Below are positions 19,599 through 29,357 of a DNA stretch of 47,776 nt, in pieces. The stretch comes from an uncultured Enterobacteriaceae bacterium (GTDB taxonomy: Bacteria; Desulfobacterota; Binatia; UBA12015): positions 1 through 47,776 of the forward strand of contig CAZGUU010000003.1 of the NCBI GenBank assembly GCA_964529315.1. The letters run 5' to 3'. Each line of letters opens with the position of its first letter. Position 1 is the stretch's first letter. A model generated the notes under the pieces. That model was given only the letters and a program-made list of their open reading frames with translations, had not been told where the DNA came from and did not search any database. The translations under genes were made by a program, and so were the position numbers.

Positions 19599-20492
19599 AT
19601 GCACGATGCGTCCGCGGAGCCCCCTCCCGCCCGGCTCGGGCAATCGCTCGATGCGCCGGCATCGAGCGACGCGGCCGTCGAGCGGCTGCGCGCCGTCGTG
19701 CGCGATCTGGGATCGGCCGTCGTGGCGTTCTCCGGCGGGGTGGACTCGACGCTCGTGCTGCGCATCGCCGTCGAGGAGCTGGCGACACGCGCCCTGGCGC
19801 TGACCACCACCTCGGCTTCGCTGCCGGCCCACGAGCTCGCCAAGGCCCGCGAGCTCGCCGCCGAGATGGGTGCTCACCACGTCGTGGTGCCCACCGACGA
19901 GGTGGCGATCGGCGATTACGCGCGCAATCCCTTGAATCGCTGCTACTTCTGCAAGGGCAACCTCTACGACATCTGCCATGAGCACGCGACACGACTCGGC
20001 TTCGCGGGGGTCATCGACGGCGTGAACCTGGACGACCTAAAGGATTTCCGCCCGGGCCTCGACGCGGCCCGGGAGAAGGGGATCCGCCACCCGCTGGCCG
20101 AGGCCGGGATGACCAAGTCGGCCGTGCGCGCAGCCAGCCGGGCTCTCGGCCTGCGCACCGCGGAGCAGCCCGCCCAACCTTGCCTGGCCTCGCGGATTCC
20201 GTACGGCACGGCGATCACGCACTCGCGCCTGCAGCAGGTGGAGCATGCGGAGCTCGGCTTGCGAGCCTTGGGATTTCGCGAGTTCCGCGTGCGCTTCGAG
20301 GGCGCGACGGCACGGCTCGAGATCGCCGAGGAAGAGCTCGGGCGCTGCTTCGACCCCGAGCTGCGCCGCCGCATGGTCGACGCAATGCATCAGGCGGGCT
20401 TCGCGCGCGCCGTGCTCGACCTCGCCGGGTTCCGCAGCGGCAGCCTCAACCCCCCGGCGGAGCGGGCTGCCGACCATCAGCCGTCGCGCTGA
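19599..20492 (+). CDS. PP-loop ATP-utilising enzyme, LarE-like sulfur transferase family (TIGR00268-type)
   Basis: ORF 19599..20492(+), 297 aa. PP-loop AFSGGVDSTLV, NRCYFCK, and QPCLASRIPYG containing the Cys at the position of the LarE sacrificial Cys. Its ATG directly abuts the cysK TGA (TGAATG). Confidence 0.65.
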   Translation: MHDASAEPPPARLGQSLDAPASSDAAVERLRAVVRDLGSAVVAFSGGVDSTLVLRIAVEELATRALALTTTSASLPAHELAKARELAAEMGAHHVVVPTDEVAIGDYARNPLNRCYFCKGNLYDICHEHATRLGFAGVIDGVNLDDLKDFRPGLDAAREKGIRHPLAEAGMTKSAVRAASRALGLRTAEQPAQPCLASRIPYGTAITHSRLQQVEHAELGLRALGFREFRVRFEGATARLEIAEEELGRCFDPELRRRMVDAMHQAGFARAVLDLAGFRSGSLNPPAERAADHQPSR

Positions 20493-20500
20493 TCGGCGCG

Positions 20501-20532
20501 CCGCACCCGGGTCGCTCGTCCGAGGGGTGCGG
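20501..20532. terminator. candidate bidirectional hairpin between convergent larE-like and cdnL genes
   Basis: CCGCACCC (20501-20508) pairs with GGGTGCGG (20525-20532) around a 16-nt loop. There is no U-tract. Confidence 0.25.
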
Positions 20533-20534
20533 GA

Positions 20535-21020
20535 TCAGGGGGCGAAGATCGTGCGCAGCTCCTCCATGATCTTCTCCTCGGGGTGGGAGCGTGCGATCGC
20601 CAGCTCCTTCACCAGGAGATTGCGAGCGGTGTCGAGCATCTTGCGCTCGCCGAAGGACAGCTCCTTGTCCCCCTTGAGGACGAAGAGGTCCCGCAGAACC
20701 TTGGCGATCTCCAGCACCGAACCCGTCTTGATCTTCTCGGTGTACTCGCGGTAGCGCCGGTTCCAGGTCTGCTGGTCGATCTCGACCTTCTTGTCGCGCA
20801 GGATCTTGTAGACCTTGGTGACCATGTCCTTGCCGATGATGCGCCGCAAGCCGACCGACTCGACGTTCTCGGTCGGAACCATGATCGTCATGTCACTTTC
20901 GAGAAAGCGCAGCATGTAGAACTTCTTCTCGGTTCCGGCGATCGTCCGGCTCTGGATGCTCTCGATCACCCCGACACCGTGCGCCGGGTACACGACCTTC
21001 TCGCCAACTCTAAACGACAT
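20535..21020 (-). CDS. cdnL: CarD-family transcriptional regulator (CdnL-type, RNAP-interacting)
   Basis: ORF 20535..21146(-) trimmed to ATG 21020 (MSFRVGEKVVYPAHGVGVIESIQ...YMLRF...MVPTENV), which is the CarD_CdnL_TRCF N-domain signature. AGGAGGA lies about 12 nt upstream. Confidence 0.88.
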   Translation of the reverse strand: MSFRVGEKVVYPAHGVGVIESIQSRTIAGTEKKFYMLRFLESDMTIMVPTENVESVGLRRIIGKDMVTKVYKILRDKKVEIDQQTWNRRYREYTEKIKTGSVLEIAKVLRDLFVLKGDKELSFGERKMLDTARNLLVKELAIARSHPEEKIMEELRTIFAP

Positions 21021-21049
21021 AAAGGCGGGATCCTCCTGGAACGCCGCTA

Positions 21050-21078
21050 ATTCTAACGGAAATTTCCACTTGAAGCAA
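21050..21078 (-). promoter_or_regulatory. sigma-70-type promoter of cdnL: TTGCTT-N17-TAGAAT
   Basis: On the minus strand, the -35 TTGCTT is at plus 21073-21078 and the -10 TAGAAT at plus 21050-21055, with an exact 17-nt spacer. It lies in a conspicuously AT-rich 110-nt island. The spacer contains the perfect palindrome GGAAATTTCC (21058-21067). Confidence 0.55.
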
Positions 21079-21130
21079 CAGGAAACATTGGTCGATAGAC
21101 CATTCAAAACACCGTTCTTGCTGCGTCGCG

Positions 21131-21607
21131 TCAGGGTGGCGTCCATTCCGCCACGAGGGCGTGATCCCGGGGGGCGTAGTAGTCACGGCGCCTGCGCACG
21201 ACGCGAAAGCCCAGGGCCTCGTAGAGCGCCCTGGCACCTGCGTTGTGCACCGACACCTCGAGCGTGACCAGCCGCACGCCCTGCGAGCGCGCCTCGTCGA
21301 GCAGGGTCTCGAGGAGCTGTCGGCCGAGGCCCCGTCCGCGGACCTCGCGCTTGGTGGCGAGATTGAGCAGGTGCATCTCATCGGTCACGTGCCAGCGGAC
21401 CATGTAGCCGAGAACCGCCTTGGGCTCGCCTCGCCGGTAGGCGACGATCGAGCGCGAGAAGGGGACGTCGAGCTCGTGCTCGAAGGAGCTGCGTGGCCAC
21501 GGGTGCTCGAACGAGGCGCGCTCGATCCGCACCACCTGGGGCAGATCCTCCGCGGCCATCGCGCGCAGGAGGAAGCGCTCGCGCCCGGCAACTCGCCGCC
21601 CGGTCAC
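21131..21607 (-). CDS. rimI: ribosomal-protein-alanine N-acetyltransferase (GNAT)
   Basis: ORF 21131..21607(-), 158 aa, GTG start forming a GTGA overlap with the fabH stop. Contains IERASFEHPWPRSSFEHEL, NLATKREVRGRGLGRQLL and LEVSVHNAGARALYEALGF, a RimI-like pattern. Confidence 0.75.
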   Translation of the reverse strand: MTGRRVAGRERFLLRAMAAEDLPQVVRIERASFEHPWPRSSFEHELDVPFSRSIVAYRRGEPKAVLGYMVRWHVTDEMHLLNLATKREVRGRGLGRQLLETLLDEARSQGVRLVTLEVSVHNAGARALYEALGFRVVRRRRDYYAPRDHALVAEWTPP

Positions 21608-22611
21608 CAGCGAAGCAGCGCCGCCGCCCAGGTGAAGCCGGCACCGAAGGCGGCCAGACAGACGATCCGCCCGTCGCGCACTCGTCCGTCGGCGAGCGCC
21701 TCGTGCAGCGCGATCGGGATCGAGGCGGCAGTGGTGTTGCCGTAGCGCTCGATGTTGTTCACCACCCGCGACTCGTCGATCTCCAGGCCGAGCGCGACCA
21801 TCTGGTTGATCCGCAAGTTGGCCTGGTGGGGAATGAGCAGGTCGAGGTCGGCGATGCCCAGGCCGTTGCGCTCCAGGGCCTCGCGGATCACCTCCGGGAA
21901 GCGCGTGACGGCGTGTCGGAAGACGAACTTCCCGTGCATGCGTGGGAAGACGGCCGGGTCGTCGCCGGTGAGATCGGCGAGCGATATGCGGGGACGGTTA
22001 CGGCTCGCCACCGCTTCGAGGTAGAGCTTCTCGGCGTGCTTGCCCTCGGCGTGCAGGTGGGTCGAGAGGATGCCGCGATCCGGCTGCGCCGACGGCCCCA
22101 GGACCACGGCACCCGCCCCGTCGCCGAAGATCACGGCCACCTCGCGGCCGCGTGTCGTCAGATCGAGCCCCGTCGAATGGATCTCGCCACCGACCACGAG
22201 CGCGTGCCGAGCGCGGCCGGCGCGGATCATCGCGTCGGCACAAGCCAGACCGTAGAGGAAACCCGAGCACTGGTTGCGCACGTCGAAGGCGGGCACGTTG
22301 GGCGCTCCGAGCTTGGCGGCGAGCAGGCATGCCGATGCCGGCCATTCGACGTCGGGCGAGAGGGTCGCAAAGACGATCAGGTCGACCGCCCCGACGGAGA
22401 GCCCGGCCGCCTCGAGAGCCCGCAGCGCGGCGATTCGCCCCAGATCCGACGCCCCGCAGTCGCCGCCCACGTGACGGCGCTCGCGAATCCCCGTGCGCTG
22501 CTGGATCCACTCGTCGGAGGTCTCCATGCGCCGGCTCAGCTCGTCGTTGGTCACGACCCGATCGGGGACCGCCATTCCCACGCCGAGAATTCGCGTTCGA
22601 TCGACCTGCAC
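21604..22611 (-). CDS. fabH: 3-oxoacyl-ACP synthase III (KAS III)
   Basis: ORF 21604..22611(-), 335 aa, GTG start with a G7 run 3 nt upstream. SDEWIQQRTGIRERR. Catalytic Cys in FDVRNQCSGF, His in IPHQANLRI and Asn in YGNTTAASIP. Confidence 0.9.
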   Translation of the reverse strand: MQVDRTRILGVGMAVPDRVVTNDELSRRMETSDEWIQQRTGIRERRHVGGDCGASDLGRIAALRALEAAGLSVGAVDLIVFATLSPDVEWPASACLLAAKLGAPNVPAFDVRNQCSGFLYGLACADAMIRAGRARHALVVGGEIHSTGLDLTTRGREVAVIFGDGAGAVVLGPSAQPDRGILSTHLHAEGKHAEKLYLEAVASRNRPRISLADLTGDDPAVFPRMHGKFVFRHAVTRFPEVIREALERNGLGIADLDLLIPHQANLRINQMVALGLEIDESRVVNNIERYGNTTAASIPIALHEALADGRVRDGRIVCLAAFGAGFTWAAALLRW

Positions 22612-22620
22612 GTCCCCCCC

Positions 22621-23637
22621 TCACAGCTCGAGCGCCGCGGCGCCGAAGCTGACCCCGGGCCCCGCCGCAGCGAGCAGCACGCGCGCCCCGGGCACAAGCC
22701 CACCGAGGCGTTGCGCCAGGGCGATCGGCAGACCGGCCGCCATGACGTGCCCGAACCCCGCGGTGGGCACCGTGATGCGAGCGGCCTCGACGCCCAGGTC
22801 CATCGCCGCCGATCGCGCGATGCGAGGATCGACGTAGTCGACGATCCAGGCGTCGACCGTGCTCGGCAGCCAGCCGCACTCGTCGAGCACCTCCGTCATG
22901 CTCTCTTGCAGCCTCTGGCGCGCGATCGGCGCCAGGTCCGCGAGCGCCGCGCGCGGGTAGTGCTCGCCCGCCTCGAGCTCGGCCGCAGTGATGCGCTGCG
23001 GGTATCGCCGACTGGCGGGGAACTCGCACCAGAACCGCTCGGCCAATCCCCCCTCGGAGCGCCAGCGCACCGCCCGAAGGCGAGGCCCGCGGTCGCCCCG
23101 GCCGACCACCGCCACCGCCGCGCCGTCGCCGAACAGCGGCGTCAGCTCCGCGCCACGCGGTGATTCGTCGAGCCCGCTCGAGAGCACCTCCCCGGCGGCG
23201 ACCAGCACCCGGGAGTACCGCTCGTCCGGGGCCCCCGAGGCCACCCGCAGATCGCCAAAGGCCGCCGCCAGCTCGAGAGCGCAGAGGAAGCCCGCGCTCT
23301 GGGCGCGCACGTCGAGCGATCCGATGGTGCCCGCGCCGAGCTTGTGCTGCAGGTAGCAGGCCGCGCCGGGAAAGGCGACATCGGGCGTCGAGGTCGCGAA
23401 CACGATCAGCCCGAGATCGGAGACCGCAGTCGCCGCCTCGGCCAGGGCGCGGCCGGCTGCGTCCAGGGCGAGATCGGAGGGCCCCTGGCCGGCCGCAGCG
23501 TAATGGCGCCGCGCGATCTCCGTTCGCGCGGCGATCTCGTCTGCCGTCGTGCCGAGGGCAGCGGCGATCCGCTCGCCCCTCACGGGCTCGCCGGGAAGGG
23601 TGTAGCCGAGCCCCAGCAGCCTTGGTTCAGGCGGCAT
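22621..23637 (-). CDS. KAS III (FabH)-like paralogue lacking the Cys-His-Asn triad
   Basis: ORF 22621..23637(-), 338 aa. It aligns by eye along the full length of the adjacent FabH, but has LDVRAQSAGF (Cys to Ser), IVDYVDPRI in place of IPHQANLRI (His lost) and FGHVMAAGLP in place of YGNTTAASIP (Asn to His). Confidence 0.75.
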   Translation of the reverse strand: MPPEPRLLGLGYTLPGEPVRGERIAAALGTTADEIAARTEIARRHYAAAGQGPSDLALDAAGRALAEAATAVSDLGLIVFATSTPDVAFPGAACYLQHKLGAGTIGSLDVRAQSAGFLCALELAAAFGDLRVASGAPDERYSRVLVAAGEVLSSGLDESPRGAELTPLFGDGAAVAVVGRGDRGPRLRAVRWRSEGGLAERFWCEFPASRRYPQRITAAELEAGEHYPRAALADLAPIARQRLQESMTEVLDECGWLPSTVDAWIVDYVDPRIARSAAMDLGVEAARITVPTAGFGHVMAAGLPIALAQRLGGLVPGARVLLAAAGPGVSFGAAALEL

Positions 23638-25054
23638 TCGCGATGCCCGGCAGATGGCCCACGGCAGTCGCCTTCAGGATCACGACCTCCAGATCCTTGC
23701 CCCGCCTGCGCTGGGCGAATCCCGCACATCGCTCGCCCAGCGCAACGCGCGTGGTGAAGTCTGGCGGAAACGCGGGGGCGCTCGCAGCCACCGTCCTCAG
23801 GCGTGGATCGACGACGCGGCCGCGCACCTCGAACCAGCCGGGCTCGAGCGTAAGGTCGAGCGCGTAATCGGGCATCTCGTCGCCCAGACCGAGCTGCTCC
23901 TTGATGCCCGAGGGCGGGATGCGGCGCGGCAGCTCGAGGCGCAAGAGATAGCCCCCCGGCCGCTCCTCCATGGTGAAGATCTCCCCGTAGCGCCGCTCGC
24001 GCTCACGCTTCTCGTCGAAGGCACCTGCGGTCTCGTAGTAGCCCTCGACCGGCACGTCGCCGCTTTGCCGGCTCCCACCGGCCCGGTGCAGGATCGGCGC
24101 CACCATCGGCAGGAGCAGCGGGCCATAGACGCTGCCGCGGTAGACGATCTCGCTGGCCGGACGGGCAAAGAGAATGGCCTCGCGCAGGCGCCAGATCGCC
24201 TCGAAGATGGCGGCCGCCATTCCCCAGAAGAACCAGGGCCGCATCGCCGCGCTGTAGAGGCTCTCGCCGCGCTCAGCGACGGCGAAAGCGGTGGCCAGAA
24301 GCGGCAGGGCCAGCAGGTGCAGCAGCACGTTCAGGCCGGTGGCGCCGGCCGAGCTGAATACGCGCGGGTTGCCCACCGCCGCCTCCAGGCGTGCCTTGGT
24401 ACCCGCGGGCAGGGCGCCCAGCAGCGGCTGACCCAGCGCGATCGCGGCACGCAGCGGACCCGGCAGGCCCCCTGACGCACCCTGGGGGCTCGCCATCTCG
24501 AGCGCCTCCTCGTAATCGACGGGCAGCTCTCCGGCGAAGGGCTGGGTTCGCGCCGGCGGCTGCTGCAAAGGCAGCGCGCCCTTCTTCTCCACCTTGCCGA
24601 GCCGGATCACCTGGCCAGCAGGAGCGGGTGCAGGCGCTGGGGCCGGCTTCGCTGGCGTCACCGCCGGCGCGGGCGCGGGCGCGTCGCTCGCAGCCGCCGG
24701 GGCGGCCCCACCCGCAGCCGCACCGGCCTTGAACCGGGAGGGCGCGTCGGGACCGAACGTCTCGCCCGGGTGCAGCTCACGGGCCCGGACCAGCAGGAGC
24801 TCTTCGGACTCGACGATCTGCGGGTTGGGCACGCAGCAATCCACTGGGCAGACCGCCGCGCAGGCCTCGTGGTCGTAGAAGCCGACACACTCGGTGCACT
24901 TCTCGGGGACGATGTAGAACGTGTCCTGGCTCAGCGCCGGATGCTTCTGGCCCTGCCACTCGTACTCGACACCGCCCTGGTAGATCGCGGTGTTGGGACA
25001 CTCGGGCTCGCAAGCCCCACAGTTGATGCACTCCTCTGTGATCATCGTCGCCAT
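23627..25054 (-). CDS. 2[4Fe-4S] ferredoxin (Alvin/YfhL-type) fused to a Pro/Ala linker, hydrophobic segments and a C-terminal beta-rich domain of unknown function
   Basis: ORF 23627..25054(-), 475 aa, with GGGAGG upstream. N-terminus: [12 protein letters not shown] ... [21 protein letters not shown] (CxxCxxCxxxCP + CxxCx8CxxxCP). Then [23 protein letters not shown], hydrophobic stretches ([38 protein letters not shown]), and a tail [12 protein letters not shown]...[15 protein letters not shown]...DLEVVILKA. It overlaps the next gene by 11 nt. Confidence 0.75.
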   Translation of the reverse strand: MATMITEECINCGACEPECPNTAIYQGGVEYEWQGQKHPALSQDTFYIVPEKCTECVGFYDHEACAAVCPVDCCVPNPQIVESEELLLVRARELHPGETFGPDAPSRFKAGAAAGGAAPAAASDAPAPAPAVTPAKPAPAPAPAPAGQVIRLGKVEKKGALPLQQPPARTQPFAGELPVDYEEALEMASPQGASGGLPGPLRAAIALGQPLLGALPAGTKARLEAAVGNPRVFSSAGATGLNVLLHLLALPLLATAFAVAERGESLYSAAMRPWFFWGMAAAIFEAIWRLREAILFARPASEIVYRGSVYGPLLLPMVAPILHRAGGSRQSGDVPVEGYYETAGAFDEKRERERRYGEIFTMEERPGGYLLRLELPRRIPPSGIKEQLGLGDEMPDYALDLTLEPGWFEVRGRVVDPRLRTVAASAPAFPPDFTTRVALGERCAGFAQRRRGKDLEVVILKATAVGHLPGIANAA

Positions 25055-25190
25055 GGCGACCGAACCTCCCGCGGTTGCTGGGCTCTCCGGGCCAAGTGCG
25101 GCTCCGAGCCCCGTGGCTCCGGTGGACGGAGGCGAGGCGCGGCGAAGAGCCGCGGGAGCTTACCGGCTGGGACTCGGAGAGACAAGGTCG

Positions 25191-25220
25191 CCTGCCCGCG
25201 GGGGCGCCCTGCCCGCGGGG
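25191..25220. repeat. direct repeat 2 x CCTGCCCGCGGGG (period 17), each containing the palindrome CCCGCGGG
   Basis: Exact 13-mers at 25191-25203 and 25208-25220, in the 369-nt divergent intergenic region between the ferredoxin-fusion gene and groEL. Confidence 0.9.
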
Positions 25221-25331
25221 CCGCACGACCCGAGGGTGATCCGACCCAGAGGTGGGGAGAAAGGCCAGCGCTTGCGCCCTCCTCGTCCCGTAGCCGGCCT
25301 GGCCGGCGTGCACGTTCCCTGGGGGATCCCC

Positions 25332-25359
25332 TTGCAACCGAAGCGCGCGTGGCTATGGT
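25332..25359 (+). promoter_or_regulatory. candidate promoter of groEL: TTGCAA-N16-TATGGT (upstream context CCCCTTGCAA also resembles a sigma-32 -35 box)
   Basis: The -35 is at 25332-25337 and the -10 at 25354-25359, about 65 nt upstream of ATG 25424. No CIRCE inverted repeat was seen. Confidence 0.3.
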
Positions 25360-25423
25360 CGCGTGGCTCGAGCTTCGGGTCCGAGGGGGACCGGAGGTAC
25401 CGACGCCGAAGGAGACGACTCGA

Positions 25424-27057
<1,634 letters not shown>

Positions 27058-27061
<4 letters not shown>

Positions 27062-27672
27062 CCTCGAGTCGTGCGGGCGAGCTCGCGGAGCTCGACGAGG
27101 AGCGCGGCGCAGCGCAGGCGCGCCTCGTCGGGCGTCCCCGAGTTGTCGATCACGTGATCGGCCAGCTCGACCTTGCGGTCGACGTGCAGCTGGGCGCGAA
27201 GGCGGTCGCGTGCTTCGTCGGCCGTGAGTCCGTTGCGCGCGCACAGGCGCGCGAGCTGGATCTGCGGCGGCGCGTACACCACGACCAGCGGCCGCCAGTC
27301 GTCGGCCCGGCCGTTCTCGATGAGCAGCGCCGACTCGTAGACCACGATCGGCGGCCGGTCTCGCTCGGCCGCCGCCAGGCGCTCGAGCACCAGGCGTCCG
27401 ATGAACGGAAAGGTCAAGCTCATCAGCCGCTGTCGTGCTCCCGCGTCGGCGAACACCAACCGCCCGAGACGCGCACGATCCAGGCTGCCGTCGCCGAGGA
27501 GAATGTCGCGTCCGAACTCGGCGACCACCGCGGCGAGCCCCTCGGTCCCGGGTGCCACCGCATCGCGCGAGGCGTCGTCGTCGTCGACCACGGGCACTCC
27601 CGCGGCGCGCAGAAAGCCCGCCACGAGGCTCTTGCCACAGGCGATTCCGCCGGTGAGGCCAACGCGCAGCAC
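27058..27672 (-). CDS. coaE: dephospho-CoA kinase
   Basis: ORF 27058..27672(-), 204 aa, GTG start. P-loop [12 protein letters not shown]. Its stop shares the palindrome CTAG with the groEL stop. Confidence 0.85.
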
Positions 27673-27778
27673 GCCCTGCCGCTAGCGGTCCAGGCCCTCC
27701 CCGAGCAAGCAGCCGGGCCACGACGGCCCGGCACACCGGCCTTGCCCACCCTGGCCGGCCCGGCTACACGACGATCGC

Positions 27779-28039
27779 ATGTACCTCGTCACGGTGGGTA
27801 GGCCCGGCTACGTGACCTTCGCGACCACGCCTCGCGGACGGGCGGCGATCGGGCTGACGGAGGACGGCATCGTGCGCCTGTTCGCCGCCGGCGACGCACC
27901 AGGGCAGTGGCGCACGCTGCGCGAGTGGCGCTCGGCGGCTCACTCGCACACCGATCTCGTGGTGGCCCTCGGTGGCATCGAGGAGCCGGAAAGCGCCGAG
28001 GATCTGCTCGCCTCGCTGCCCGCCGCGACGCTGGGCTGA
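27779..28039 (+). CDS. hypothetical small protein (86 aa)
   Basis: ORF 27779..28039(+), ATG start. Third-codon positions are almost all G/C when read by eye, as expected for real coding sequence in this genome. The amino-acid composition is balanced, unlike the Arg/Pro-rich shadow frames. No motif recognised and no obvious SD. Confidence 0.5.
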   Translation: MYLVTVGRPGYVTFATTPRGRAAIGLTEDGIVRLFAAGDAPGQWRTLREWRSAAHSHTDLVVALGGIEEPESAEDLLASLPAATLG

Positions 28040-28120
28040 GCCGCGCGGCCGCCGCGTCCACGCCGCGCCCCTCGGGGTGCCGTCTCGAAGCCGAGCCCTG
28101 GGGCGGCGGAAACGGGTGGC

Positions 28121-29349
<1,229 letters not shown>

Positions 29350-29357
29350 CGATCTCC

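Noticed and set aside
25055-25423. Looked for a CIRCE (TTAGCACTC-N9-GAGTGCTAA) or other classic heat-shock operator upstream of groEL.
   Set aside because: No such inverted repeat is present. I found only a weak sigma-70 / sigma-32-like -35 region, which is reported at low confidence.
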